From: Eledone cirrhosa
Taxonomy: Eukaryota
DNA length: 64,000 nucleotides
Direction of reading: 5' to 3'
NCBI GenBank assembly: GCA_964016885.1
Contig: OZ024744.1
Location: 93,062,001 to 93,126,000, forward strand
The first letter of the stretch is position 1; each line of letters opens with the position of its first letter. Below the pieces are notes generated by a model. The model worked only from the letters and a program-made list of their open reading frames with translations, searched no databases and was not told the DNA's origin. Shown here piece after piece: positions 27,906 to 41,799 of this stretch. A program made the translations under genes and the position numbers.

Positions 27906-28001
27906 ATATTTATTAAAATAACAGATTAAAGTTTAAGCAAAGAAGATCCCGTTAAGGTTGAAAGCAGCGATTCTTTGCTTAAACTTTAATCTGTTATTTT
28001 A

Positions 28002-28009
<8 letters not shown>
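27906..28009. repeat. Perfect 39-bp inverted repeat, 26-nt loop, inside (TA)n
   Basis: ATATTTATTAAAATAACAGATTAAAGTTTAAGCAAAGAA (27906-27944) and its reverse complement (27971-28009). Confidence 0.95.
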
Positions 28010-28036
<27 letters not shown>

Positions 28037-28471
28037 CACACACACACACACACATATATATATACACAAATGCTTATGAATGTTTAATGTGTGTATGTGC
28101 ATGTCTAGATTAAAAATTAACATTTAAATACTATCATGGGAATTATATATAATTTTTCTTTACATATTTGTTTAAATCAGTGATCAACTTTTTCTAATGG
28201 TCATCTTTTGATTTTTTTTTTTTTGTTTTGCCCATGGTTCACAAGTATATATCTTACATATAAAAATTTGAAAAGGTTTCAGGCCCACAAAAAACTTAAT
28301 ATAGGTTCTTATTTAAAATTATGATGAAAGGTTTTTTAGATAGTTTTAAACATTTTAAAACAAACAGTTTTGTATCATAAACTCGGGGCAGTTTCAGGTG
28401 GTTCGGTATCAAGAGGGTTTAGAAAATTATAATTACATTAATAAAAAAAAAGAGAGGGGGGGGGGGGGGGT

Positions 28472-28995
28472 TGAGAGGACCCTTCAGTTGTGTCAAGAGC
28501 ACAATAATCTCACTAGTGATGGTGACAAATGCATACAGCACACACGGTAAAGTGGTTGGTGACAAGAAGGGCAGCTAACTAGAAAACTTGCAAACCAAAA
28601 GGTTGAGAGGATATCAGTTGTGTCAAAGACATGACAACCACTAGTTGATGGTGACATGATAAAAACATCTAGTACACACTGTAAAATGGTTGGTGATAGG
28701 AAGGGCATCTAGCTGTAGAAAACTTGCCAAACAAAGGGTGGTGAGGACGCCTTCAGTTGTGTAAAAAACATGACAACCACAATAGCACTAGTGGCGAAAG
28801 CAAATGCAGCCTGTGCACTCTATAGGATAAGGTGAACGTATGTAAGTGAGAACGTATGTAAGTGAGAACGTATGTAAATGAAAACCCCTGGCCCATCTGA
28901 GTGGTCACTAGTGCTGGTTTAAGTACTGACTTGGTCCATAACAACCTGTCCAACTCTTTCTAGCAAAGAAAACAGATGATAAATGATGATGATGA
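28472..28995 (+). repeat. LINE 3'-UTR variant with ~130-bp tandem units
   Basis: About 2.5-3 copies of gagga..cagttgtgtcaa..atgacaacc..tagtg..aaagtggttggtg..gaagggca..agaaaacttgc; similar arrays at 25790-26060 and 35380-35710; ends in GAT tail. Confidence 0.65.
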
Positions 28996-30595
28996 TAATT
29001 TTGTTGGCCTTATTTTTATTATTTAGTGAAGTGGAAATGAAGTGGCGAATTATGAGAATATACCACCCACTGCTTTCTCATGTCTAAACAAATCATTTCA
29101 TTCTACATCCTAGAGAAGAACAGGTAGCAAATCTTTTGAGAATGTTACTTACAACATTTTTCCATGAAAAATTAATTTTTTGTGTATATATAATCCAGAA
29201 CAAAGCAGGTTTAACATTTTTGACTAAATTTATAATTTATCTAATATTCAACAAGTTGGCCAGCAAAAATTGTTTACTGAAATATTTTTCATTCTATTAT
29301 ACTTTTTGAGGTTTTGTTAATTTGCCAGAAATTGTGTGCGTGCACACACACACACACGTACATATATACATATGTATACATATATACACAAACATACATA
29401 TATACACACACGTATATTGAACACGTGATTTTTATCAAAAAAGTTTTTTCTGTTTCTTTCTCTTCTCAGTCTCATCTTTCTATTTTTTCATCTATATTTC
29501 ATTCTATTTTCTGAAGAAAGAGTAACACCCAAAACGTTAAGACTTTTCCTACATTATCAAGCATTAAACTTAATATATATTGTCATTGTACTGTATCATC
29601 TTTCCATTTACTTTTGACATACATACACTACATATACGTGTGTGTGCATGTATGTTTGCAATCACTTAGGAGTGCAGTGCACATAGCCCTTTACAAGGCC
29701 TCAGAGACTAGCAGAAGGAAAGGAGAAAGGAAGTTATCCTTAAATGAGAAACCTAGCCCAAATGCTTGCAACAGAGTGGAATTCAAAGGCACCCATGAGT
29801 CAGATGGTTGTGTTAAACTGGCGATGGATTAAGTCAACCATCAAAGTAGGCCACAGTGGAATTTAAACTCAGAAACACAAAGAGCCAGAACACAAACTGC
29901 AAGTCACCCTGTCTAACGCTAACATTTCCATTAGTCCACTGCCCAAGATGGGTACTTTATCAATGTTAGAGGGATGAAAGGAAAAAAAGTTGACCATAAC
30001 AGGATTTGAACTCAGAAAAAAATAAACACCCAGTTCATCCTGTACGGTGGTCGCGCTGGTGACATGATGAAAAAGCACCAGTAACCCGGTTAGTTGGTCA
30101 TTTTGGTCCCGTGATAAAGAGCACCCAGTCTGTGCTGTAATGCGGTTGATGTTAGGAAGGGCATCCAGCCATAGAAACCAAACCAAAATACAGATTCGCA
30201 TGAACAAGACACGGTCAACTTTCCAGGAGCATTAGCAATATAATTGAAATGAAATATTTAACTATGAAATAAATCTAAACGGAAAATTCAACTCCCAGAG
30301 AGTTTGCTCCATCTTGTGCTACACTGACATCATCGTTTAATGTCCATTTTCCCCACTAGCATCGGTTAGACAAGTTGTTCTGACGTTGAGAGATAATTGA
30401 GATCAGGTGGCCGTGTCTTGCTCATACAGAACTGTTTCTGGCTTGGTTTCTACAGCTAGATGCCCTCTCTAAAAACACCAACCACACTGACAGCGTGGAC
30501 TGGGTGCTTTTTATCATGGCACTGAAATGACAAACTGACAAATTGGACACTTTTTGAATATCAAATTTTGAAAAAGAGGAAGGCGATTTACTTAC

Positions 30596-30682
30596 CTCCA
30601 AGGGTTACATTTCCATGAAGAAACCGTCCTTGGTAAATTAGCCTCAAAATATTTGTAGATGGCAAAACCTCGTCTGCCCAAT
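30596..30682 (-). CDS. UBL3: UBL3 coding exon (87 nt, phase 1 to 1): (D)WADEVLPSTNILRLIYQGRFLHGNVTLG
   Basis: Contains the UBL3 signature NILRLIYQGRFLHGNVTLG. Acceptor ttctctattctag; GGAG|GTAAGT donor; frame joins the previous exon. Confidence 0.97.
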
Positions 30683-31799
30683 CTAGAATAGAGAAAGTGT
30701 ATTAGAAAATATATTCTAGAATATCCAATTAAAATTCATTGCAAATTCAACACTATAAATCTAAAATCTATATTATATATTATAACCATGCAGCATTTTT
30801 TTTATCCACACACAAATGATACAATCTGTCTGTCAAAAAATGTTCTTAAATGTTTTCATTCATGCCAGAAACAAACATTCTTTGCCAATAGTGTTGTCCA
30901 TCTGTCTGCCCACCTCGCTCCCCTTATCTCTCACCCTTTGTGTGTGTAAGTGTGTGTGTACAGCTGGTGGCAGTTAAGGAACAAACTGTTAATCTTGTAT
31001 TGTAATCATACACACACAAACACACATACATACATACATAATATATAAATATATAATTCAGGTTCAAATATGTAAAGGTAATACCTTTCACTGAGTGGTG
31101 TGCAATATATATATATAACCTCTCTTCATACAATGGTCCTCACACTCCTTAGGCAATCAGTCATGGCTTTGATAACATTTGGTGTAGAAACAGAATATTA
31201 CTTATACCATCCATAAGTACTATATGTACATGTAATTCTAAATGGAGGCACATCAGTTCAAAGTGAGAATGGCAACTTCATGTCGCATAAACAAAACCTA
31301 AACATACATTATGGATTCTTAGCTAATTTAATTCAAGTGTCTTCTCATAGAGAAAATGAAGCAGTGATGACTTTATCCGCATGAGAATAAGATATTATAA
31401 AGAAAATAGAATGAAAAACATTTTTAATCACAATAGCTTGTTTCAGAGAGTGCAGCTTCTAAAATCTTTGCATGATCAGATATTTCTTATGCCCATTGCA
31501 ACATTTATTTTATTTTTGGGGGGGGGGGGGGGGGGGGTAATGCCTAGAAAACATAGACATGGAACAAAGTAGACACAAGTGTCTAATGTTGCTTGCAGTC
31601 AGTTCATAGATTGTTATGATTGCGAGGATCAATGCTATCACCAAACTTACACCTGAAAAAACTTGGAAGATATTACAACCACATGAAGAGTATTATTTTT
31701 TTTGCCTCATTACTTAGCTGATAAAAACTTATAACTAAGCAGGCAAGTTCACTTTGTTGACATTACAAATAATGTTAAGATCTTATTTCATGCTCTAGT

Positions 31800-32210
31800 T
31801 GTTGTTCTTCACCCACTTATTCGTGGAAGGGTCGTGGGAGCAAGAGTCCTCAAGCATGCCTACCAGTAAGTAGATCTTGTCAGTAGCAACTATCTCCAAT
31901 TGAATTAGCTGGATCCCCAGCCGATCTCATGGATGTTATCCAACCATCTTGCTCAGCATCTACCCCTGGCTCTCTTGCCGATTGGTTTTGCCAGTAAAAT
32001 CTGTCCAGAGATTCTTTCCTGAGACATTCTAATGATATCTCCATAATATCAGAGCTATAGTCTCTCAATTCAGAGAAGTAGGAACTACCCCTTGGGTAAC
32101 TTATCTCTGAGATAAACACTATCAAGTAACACTACTTCAAATACTCTTCGGAGGAACCTAATTTTGGCTGCTTGTATTCGTATCATTTCAGTCATTGCCC
32201 AAGATTCATG
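31800..32210 (-). mobile_element. 3' fragment of the Rex3/Expander-like RTE LINE
   Basis: Reverse complement is colinear with 7640-8060. Confidence 0.75.
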
Positions 32211-32614
32211 CTTTTTGTTCACCTTTCATCTTTTTGCGTTAATTTTATTTTGAAATCCTTAATCCCACTTTCAAATGACAAGATATATCCTCACTCAGAA
32301 TTACAGATACTGTGGTAATAAGAAAATCAATAATGGTTATTCTTTTACTGGTTTCAGGCATTGGTCTGCTCCCATGCTGGAACACTGCCCTGATTTAGTT
32401 AATTATTTGACCTCAGTACATTTTTTTTAAAGTCTAGTACTCATTTTGTTTTTTTTGGTTGAAGTGCTAAGTTACAGGACATAAACACACAGACCTGTTA
32501 TTTTTAGCTAAGGGCATTTTTTCCAATTCTAACCCACCTGCCCCTTCATTCTATCTTATTTCCCATTCTTTCCTCTGTTGAAGGACTAGTGTCCAAAAAA
32601 CACACACACAAACA

Positions 32615-32752
32615 CAACTTACATCTATCAAATTCGCCTCACAAAGCATTGGCAAACCTGAGGCTTTAATAGAAGACATTTGGCCAAGATATCGCACAGT
32701 GGGGCTGAACCCAGTACAAAGTGAACTCTTTAACCACACGGCCAATGCTGCT
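32615..32752 (-). mobile_element. tRNA-SINE head of another family (copies at 880-1030, 18945-19100, 37715-37840, 44300-44485)
   Basis: Shared + strand motif caaggcattggtc...tagaagacacttgcccaagg..cagtgggactgaacc...cttaaccacac, i.e. the reverse of an A-box/B-box head plus CORE-like segment. Confidence 0.65.
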
Positions 32753-33441
32753 CCTATTATTATTATTTTTCAAAATCCGCCGACGTTGACTGTCATCCTT
32801 ACGAGGTCGATAAAATAAAGTAGCAGTAATGCACTGGGGTAATTGCTGGCCTTGTGCCAAAAGTAGAAATAATAATAATTATTATTATTATTGAGCGGTA
32901 TCGGTAGAGCATTGGACAACATGCTTCGTGGCATCGTTACAACCTTTTATGTCCAGAGTTCAAATCCTGCCAAGATTAACTTAACATTTCATCCTTACAG
33001 GGGGTTGATAAATTAAAGTACCAGTGTTTGGGTTGTTTTAATCAACTTTCCCTTTCCCCAAAAATTGTTGGCTTTGTTCCTAAAGCAGAAACCATTATTA
33101 TTATTATCATAATAATAATGATGATGATGAAGAAAATATTATGAAACAATTGTATGTCATTACACATTAATTCATTCATACATTAGTTTTACTGCATTAA
33201 GAAGCACAGAAAAATATTCAATTCACATAATTTTTTTTTTACAAGACAGTGCTGGTGCCAAAATGAAATGCACTTGGTGGTAGAGTGCAGGAATTTATGT
33301 AAGATAGATGTAGCCCCCAACCACCACCACAATTCCCCAGCAAATCTGAGGGATCAATAGCTCTGCATGAGCACTGAAATGGTCTGTGCTGACCTGTCCA
33401 ACCCTTACCAGCAGAAGAAAAAAAAAATGGACATATGATGG

Positions 33442-33488
<47 letters not shown>

Positions 33489-34639
33489 GTGATGTGGTTG
33501 TAAATAATAATTTCTGACAGTTAAAGGAAAAGTTATGACTTTATTAGTCTCTCTCTCTCTCTCCAAAACATAACATAACATGGTTAATAAATAGAAATCA
33601 GCTCAACTGAGAAATACAAATATTGATTTCTTAAAATGGTCCAAGTCTACAAATTAATGGTGTATGGGAGAGGCCATATTTAATCGAATTAAACCTAGTA
33701 CACATATTCTGATTTTTTTTTGTTTGTTTTTGCTTTTGTTTTCTTTTTTCTTGATCTCTCCAAAGATGAAACAAGCTGAGATTTCACTCAGTAAAATTTC
33801 AACTAAATTCTGTATGTACGTTTCAGCCTCTTCACAGCATTGCTTTTGGGTGAATTAAAAATAATTTTAATATAAAATCCTCATCGTCATTAGCATGGAA
33901 AAGTTGATGTAAAAATGATGACATCTTTCTGTCTAATTTCCCATGATGGCATGAGTTGGATAGGACTTTTTGAGGCAATGTTTTACAGCCTGATGTCCTT
34001 TCTGTCACCAATCCTTTTAATCACTTCATGCAACTCACAGGGATATGGTGTACCTATAATCTAAAACAGAAGATAGATACATGAAAATAATTTCTCCCAG
34101 CTAAATACTTGGAAGTGGAGGAGTATAGTTAATTGAATCAATGTTTAGACTAGAATAGATTGTTATAGCAGAAATATGAGCTTGTTCTGCAATAAGACAA
34201 GCTAATTTGTTTGTGTCACGATAAAACACAGAGTAGGCCCTGTAAGATGGTTGCTGTTAGAAAAGGGCGTCTAGCTGTAAAAACCTCGACAAATATGGAA
34301 TGTAATAAGTCAAATGGATTGTTGCTCCAACACACCTGATTTCAGATTGCGATGACCTGTCCAGTCCATGCCAATGTGAAAATGGATGTAAAATGATGAT
34401 GACAATCAAAAAGGGCTGGAAGGAGACATCAAACTCTAAAGTATATAATCCAGCTCTTACTTTACTGTTCTATCCACAATAAGATTTCTTATAAGCAAGA
34501 CATGGTCACCTGACCTGAGTTATTTCATAATGTGACAGCCCGTCTAACCCATGCCAGCATGGAAAAATGGATGTTAAATAATAATGACAAAATCAATTGA
34601 TAGTGGGGAGGAATAGAAAGTTGTCAAGTTAATTCCTTT

Positions 34640-35850
34640 TTCATAATCCGCAATGATATATAGCAAGAACTTTAAGGCTATTCTCTCAGCCTGTATGGTG
34701 CATGCATATGAACTACAGAGCAGTGAGACATGGGCCTTGACTGCAGAAGACCTGTAAAGGCTAGAGAGAAATAAAGTGAGCATTTTCCGATGGATTTATA
34801 ATGTTAGTGTGCATGAATGACATCGCATAAGCTTGGCATAAACGGAATTGGATCTAATGTGCAAGAGAGAATGTGTTGGTATGGACATGTGATGAGTATG
34901 GAAGATGACAGCTGTATAAAGAGATCCAGAGAAATCCCAGTAGCTGGGACCCATGAAGACTTGAGACGAGGTACAAAGAGGTGATGATGCTTTTAGGAAG
35001 CTGAACCTCACAACAGCGATGTCAAAGGACGACGAGGATTGGCAACAAGTGGTGTTAGAGAAGACCCACCTACCAGCATAAAATGTAACCTGATGACCTT
35101 CCATGTGCACATCCTCCCATAGCAACTATCCTCACCATCACGGTACAACTCACTCCATCCTCAATTTTACCCAGAATCACCTCCACCCCATTTAAATCCT
35201 CAAGTTCCAGTCATAACCTCTTAGTATCTGTCCACATCATCGATGTATACCATCTCTTTCATCCCTTGATAATTCCCACTACACCTATCATACACCCATT
35301 TGTTATCCTCCATATACATTGCCCCTTACCTATCGTACACTTCCTATTACCGTCATCCCACCAAATTGGGTGTGAATGGCACTTCAGACAAGCCAATGAT
35401 TGTCAAACTCTATAGTGTTAGTGCCACCAACAACAAAATGCACCTATTATACTCTGTACAGTGGTTGGTGTTATGAAGGGCTTCATAGAAATCGTGCCAA
35501 AATGTGTTGAGAAGACCAAGTCATGACACAGTAACCACTCCAGTGTGAGTGCCATGAAAAATACCCCACCAAGAACACATTGTAACGTAGTTGGAGATTC
35601 AGAGTATCCATGCTAGCAAAACAAAAGGTCATGAGGGGTCGTCAGCTGTGTTAAAGACATGACAGTGCTGGTGCCATGATAAATTGTACTTATTGCATTC
35701 TGTAGAAGTGCATGAACGTATGTATATAAGCAATAAAGAGGTTCCCAGTCTGTCTGTGAGGTCAGTAGCGAACCAGTAAGTACTGACTTGGTCGGTCAGT
35801 TGACAATCAGTTCAACACTTGCTACCAGTGAAAATGGATGTTAAACGATG
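34640..35850 (+). mobile_element. RTE LINE 3' fragment with long 3' UTR and GAT tail
   Basis: SSETWALTAEDL-RLERN, WYGHVM, DEDWQQVVLEKTHLPA, then 3' UTR repeats and gaaaatggatgttaaacgatgatgat. Confidence 0.8.
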
Positions 35851-36115
35851 ATGATGACGGTCATGGTGATGATGGTGGCAGTGATGATGATGGTGGCGGT
35901 GGTGATGGTGGTGACGGTGATGGTGGCAGTGGTGATGGTGATGGTGGTGGTGGTGATGGTGGTGATGGTGGTGATGGTGGCGATTGTGGTGGTGGTGGTG
36001 GTTGTGGCGGTGGTGGTGGTGGTGGTGCTTGTGGCGGTGGTGGTGGTGGTGGTGATGGTGGTGTTGGCAGCGGTGATGGTGGTGGCGATGATTATGATGA
36101 AGAGGAGGAAGAAAG
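35847..36115 (+). repeat. (GAT/GGT/GGC)n trinucleotide expansion continuing a LINE tail
   Basis: Starts exactly at the gttaaacgatgatgat tail of the preceding element. Confidence 0.9.
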
Positions 36116-36871
36116 ATAAATCATAAATTATTCATAACTTCTATAAGAATCCGTAATAATAATGGGAAAGGAAATTGCAACAGTTGATGATTGAAGCCAT
36201 GCAATATACAGCAATATACACTCAGTGCATCTGCATCAGCTTACTGCTATTACCTACTGCACATTAATGCCGGTGAATTGGCATTAGTTGTAAGACAGAA
36301 CATACAACTACAACAAACATCTTGTGTTAGTTGCATATCTCTCTCTCTACACTGAATTTAATTCCCACTGTGGTTTACGTGGGTGATAAGATTTAATTTG
36401 CTGCTTCATTTAACACCACCACCTGGCCCTTGGGTGATTTTTATTGTGTAATCGGTCCACTCTGTTGCAAGCATTCAGACCAGATCACTAGTTTGAAGAT
36501 AACTCCCTACCCCACCCCATTAGTTTCAGAAGCACTGAAAGGGTCTTAGACATAGACACTGGCCCTTCTTGATTAAACAGTAAAACACACACAACCAAGC
36601 CAGTGATTTTTCAATAACAATAATGGTTTCTGATTTAGACAACTATTTTGGGAGAGGAAGGGGAAAATAATTAAATTGACTCCAGTGCGTTACTGGTACT
36701 TTATTCTATCAACCCAGTAAGGATGAAACGCAAAGCTAAACTTGATGGGACTTGAAGTTAGAATGTAGAGAGAAGTAACTATATGCCGCCAAGCATGTCG
36801 TCCAACGCTCTACCAATTACTGCCAATCTTCAATAACAATAACAAAGTAGTTATTAGTAAGTAGTACTTAC

Positions 36872-36980
36872 CTTCTGGCCAATTACTATAAACATATTCT
36901 GTAATGTCAGCAGCTGAATCATTAGGAGAAAATATAAATTCTTTTGTTTTCCCACTGACTAATATTAGTCGTATTGTGAT
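36872..36980 (-). CDS. UBL3: UBL3 coding exon (109 nt, phase 0 to 1): ITIRLILVSGKTKEFIFSPNDSAADITEYVYSNWPE
   Basis: Manual translation closely matches vertebrate UBL3 (INLRLILVSGKTKEFLFSPNDSASDI...NWP). Polypyrimidine tract plus TAG acceptor; GAAG|GTAAGT donor. Confidence 0.97.
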
Positions 36981-39129
36981 CTAGAAAGAAAAAGAAAGAA
37001 AAGAAAACAGCAATGAATATGTTGTATTGATTGAGATATAAAGATCATCATCATCATCAGTATCAGCATTGTTTATGAAATTTTATGTCGCAATCTATGT
37101 TGTAACGGAAACTATAAATCGCAGCTTCTGAAAATTTATTTTGTCATGGAAACCTTATACGCCCCCCCCCCCCCCCCCCACCCTCCACCCTAAAACAAAA
37201 ACAAACAAACACACAGAACCAATACCAGTAATTTATGGACAATCCTCAACACACTTATTTCGATAAGACATTAAATAAAACAAAGTTCTTTGATAGAGAG
37301 AATTTATTCAAACTCATTCTTTTACTTATTTTAGCTTGTTGAACTAAGTTACAGGACATAAACAGACACAGACCTAAACATTATATACATGTACGACAAG
37401 CACGGACAGGCGCGCACATACAGCAGGCAGGCACAGACATACACGTACAACAGGCAAGCACAGACGCGCACACATGTGGCAGGCACAGGCGTACGACTGA
37501 CACACACACAAACATGGACACACATCTATGGCAGACACCCAACAGAGACAAACGGACATACATACACATTTAATGTCCAACCCTTGCTAGCAGAGAAATC
37601 AGTCATGTCAAAGACCATGTGCAATTTATCCTGACACCAACACTAAGGAGTCTTCAAGACCCCCTTTTTCTTTTTGAAAGTTATATTTTCTGTGGTTGCA
37701 AAACAAAGGCACAACAAAACTTGCCTCACAAGGTATTGGTCGACCTGTGGCTACAGTAGAATACACTTGCCCAAGGTGGCATACAGAGGGACTGAACCTA
37801 AATCTATTCGAGCTCCTTAACCACACAATACCTTTGTCTATATATTTAAAAACTGTTTGGAAACACAGCTATAGAGAACACTGCTATGGAAATCAGCTGA
37901 AACAAGTGTGAACGAAGGAAGTCAGAAGAAAGAACTTTAAAAAATTTCAAATGATTAACAAACATGTTCAAATAGTTTTGTTAACCAATACATTATTTTT
38001 ATGAATTGAAGTTTCAATATGGTCCCCAAAGGAGAATACTAAAGTGAGGAAAATTTAAGAGCTAATCAATTAAAAAAGCAACTGGACATTGTTATTAGTT
38101 GATATATAGCAAGAGAAATGAGTTACATCATCATCGTTTAACATCCATTTTCCATCTAGCAAGGGTTAGACAGGTTATGCTGTGAGGCAAGTCAAGTCAG
38201 GTGACCATGTCTTGCTCTCACAGAACCGTTTCTGGCTTGGCTTCTATATCTTGGCTTCTGGATGCCCTTCCTATCACCAACCACATTTACAGTGTGAGCT
38301 GTGTGCTTTTTGTCGTGACACCTACATGACCATTTTACAGTGTGGGATGGGTGATTTTTGTCGTGAAAGTGCAAACCAGTAATATGAATAGTAGAAACAT
38401 GTTCAGAGAAGTGGCACCAATTAGTAATGGAAAATACTCAAAGAAAACAAGATTATTAAACTTCACAGAAGAGCCAGAATAGATAATACAAATGAGACAA
38501 GTAGAAAAGTTGGTGTGAAGTTAGGGTGTTGGTCTTATGATCGTAATATCATGGTTTCAAATTATGTTCTTGGACCGACAGCTTGTGTTCTGGTGCAGTG
38601 CATTTTATTTCACTCATTTTCATGCCAGGAGTGGCAAGCCTATCATTAAAACACCCAAGAAATCTCCTATGACACACAATCTGGGAGGAAGCCATAAACC
38701 TACATAGACGTGAGCAATAAATTGCATTTTTTTTTTTTTTTATTTTCATGTGGAAAAGTTGTGGAAAATAATCCAAATTATTATTCCACCATGAAAAAAA
38801 GTGTTAAAATAATGAGCAAGATTATACAAGGATCTAAAAACAATCAAACGCATAACCAGCTTGTAATGACTCAAGTTGTCTCTGCTAACATTAATTGGAT
38901 GGTTATGCAAAACTTTTTTCTTGTTCCAGTCCTGCAAATTTGGATAATGTGTATTAAATATTCTGAGAGCTAATACAACGACCAAATCAATAAAGTGTTT
39001 AACTACTACTATCCAAAGAGCAAGGAGTTCATATTCTGTCACCACACTGCATCTACAGCTAAAATACTATTTATTATAAACAAAGAAAATCATTTTATGA
39101 AGCATTGAGCAAATATGAAATTTGAAAAT

Positions 39130-39520
39130 AATGTCAGCTTACAGGTAATGAATCTTGGGTGATGGCCGAAAGAATACAATCACGAATGCAAGTGGCCAAA
39201 ATGGAATTCCTCTGAAGGGTCTATGGAGTAACATAACTCGATAAAGTGCATAGCTCGGAGCACAAGGAGTCACTCCAGGTAGAGCTGCTACTTCTTCGAA
39301 TTGAGATATCTCAGGAAAGATCGCTGGACAGAATTTACAGGCAAAACCAGCCAGCAAGAGACCTAGGGTAGACCCCCAAGCAAGATGGTTGGATAGCATC
39401 CATGAGCTTGAGTGGTCTTGCTTGGGGATCTAGCCGGATCAGTTGGAAACAGGATTTGACAGGACCTGTTGGAAGGAGTGTTTGAGGACTACCTCCATGA
39501 CCCTCTCAAGAATAAGACTA
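39130..39520 (+). mobile_element. 3' fragment of the Rex3/Expander-like RTE LINE
   Basis: Colinear with 7640-8060 (gagtcactccaggtagagc, tctcaggaaaga-tcgctggacaga). Confidence 0.75.
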
Positions 39521-40324
39521 AGATGTCAACTTATTGTAAACTGCTACAATACTATACTTCTGACTATTAAATTGTTGAACAAGTTTGGAGGAAAGTGGAC
39601 AGAATCATCTGCAGTAATATCAAACTCACATCTGCTGCATGCCAAGGTTAAACAGACCACTTACATGTCATTTTTAAGCCTTATTCATCAGCCAGGAAAT
39701 ATAAATGCATACCATAATATAATAAAATATAATGTAAACAGTAAATGCATTAAAATAATAAAATGAACAAATATTTCATTAGGCTGCAGTACAGAGTTCA
39801 ACTATAGAAGAAGAAAAAAAGGATTATGAGTACCAGCTAAATTTGCAGTGTTATTAATTCTTAATATCCTGCAATGATTTAGTAGAAAATATATAAAAAT
39901 ATATATAATGTATTTCCCATGGTGACATAAGGACAAGCTGTTACAGACTAAATCAACGCCGTCTTCTAAACCATATCGCTTACATACAGTACATTCTGGT
40001 TTTGGTTTCTTTGGCGGGATCCCTTTCTTATTACCAACTGCTTGACAGAATGTACAGGGTGCATTTTCTCGCAGGACTGGCAATAGAGAAGTTACTATGT
40101 ACTTAATACAGCTGAAGAGTGCTCTCAATCCTTTGTTTGGCATGGTTTCTATTGCTGGGTGCATTTTATCAGCAGGACACCAGCATCGAGGATGTTGCTG
40201 TATGTGTCCTAGACTAATTATAACAATTCTTCATAACATTCATTTCACAAATATTTAAAAAATATCAACCAGGAAGTTGGTAAGGGTTATGTGAAGTTCT
40301 ATTTTCATTTGTATACTTATTTCT

Positions 40325-40546
40325 TTAACCCTTTAGCCTTTACATTACTCTATATATACTATTGTATTTTTGTGGTAAAGGCTTATCTTACATAATTATC
40401 TCATAATTTCAAATCTATGAGATTGATATTTATTTTGAGAACAATACCTTAACATCAGTATAAGCGGCTGGTTACTGCCAGTTTGAACAGAAAGAGGTGA
40501 GAGAACTCTGGCCGGATATGGCCGGTTTAAATGCTAAAGGCTTAAT
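40325..40546. mobile_element. piggyBac-like MITE
   Basis: ttaaccctttagcctttac ... taaatgctaaaggcttaa. Confidence 0.78.
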
Positions 40547-41205
40547 AGGTAAAATACACACTCATAGGTGACAAATTGTGGCAGAGTTGTTTGAACATTA
40601 GCTAGGGTGTTTGATGGTATTTGTTCTGGCTCACTGCTCTCGCAGTTCAAATCCTAGAGGTTAATTTTGCCTTTCATCCTTTTGCAGTCAATAAAATTAC
40701 TAATACTGGGGTTGATTCCTTCTCTATATCTTTCTTACTTCCTCTATATCACTCTTCTCCTCTCAAAAAAATCAGCTGTGTTCAGACATGGAGAGAGGAT
40801 GAGCATTGCCAGGTTTAAAATCTCATAACTGTACCTCTACAATTCCATTAGGAGTTACAGGTCCCAGTATACATACAAAATTCACTCAACTTCAACAGGT
40901 CCTTTTATGTACAATATGGTTCTTTTAAGTGAAATATGGTCCTTAAAAAGTAAAGTGTATTTTCCTTCAAAATCAAGTTACTTCAATATGAATTAGGACA
41001 AACACTGTTACATCCAATAAAAAAATTATATACATATAATACAAGTCTACAACTTGTTATATACATACACTATTTTTCTTTATATATGTGAAATGGAGAG
41101 ACAGATGGCTATGAATTGTAGGCTTTTCTTTGGTGAAGAAAATACCACCCAACATAGACTAGTGGTTAGCAACTTTAGAGAAAGAGTTAGATGGATCCAG
41201 AGACA

Positions 41206-41423
41206 TTAACCCTTTAGAATTTACATTACTCTATACTATTGTATTTTCATAGTAAAGGTTGAATCTCTCATAATTATCTCACAATATCGAATCTATGAGA
41301 TTGATATTTATTTTGAGAACACTACCTTCACATCAGTATGAGTGGCTAGTTATGGCTGGTTTGAACGGAAAGAGGTGAGAGAATTCTGGCCGGATATGGC
41401 CTGTTTAAATGCTAATGGGTTAA
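41206..41423. mobile_element. piggyBac-like MITE
   Basis: ttaaccctttagaatttac ... taaatgctaatgggttaa. Confidence 0.78.
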
Positions 41424-41594
41424 ACAATTTTGAAGAAGATATGAAAATTGAAAGAGCTATTGATCACATGATAAAAAGGAAAGAGATATAAACTTATAAA
41501 AGACTGGACATTCTTCCAAGATATTTTACTAAAGGTAGTAAGAGCAAATCTGTAGCTGGTGCAAGGTCCCATCTAGAGTTGTGGAATAATACTT

Positions 41595-41775
41595 GTTTCT
41601 ACTTTTGGCACAAGGCCAGCAATTTCCCAGTAAATTACTGGTACTTTATTTTATCGACCTCATAAGGATGAAAGGCAAAGTTAACCTCGGCGTGATTTGA
41701 ACTCAGATCGTAAAGGGACGTAACTATGTTGGAAAGCATGTCCGACCCTCTACCGATACTGCCAATTCACCACCC
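41595..41775 (-). mobile_element. Meta-type tRNA-SINE (copies at 17500-17690, 32890-33095, 36625-36830, 40575-40720, 56320-56500, 56715-56910, 60185-60330, 63355-63520)
   Basis: TGGCAGTATCGGTAGAG A box, GAGTTCAAATC B box, then TTTGCCTTTCATCCTT..GGTCGATAAAATAAAGTACCAG, resembling the MetaSINE central domain. Confidence 0.7.
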
Positions 41776-41799
41776 GGAGTGGAATAACACTGTAAATAG

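Noticed and set aside
35838-36126. Gly/Asp-rich or Val/Met-rich ORFs
   Set aside because: Trinucleotide expansion of a retroelement tail.
37385-37570. Cys/Val-rich ORFs and CpG-rich patch
   Set aside because: Degenerate CA-rich low-complexity tract within a SINE-associated region.
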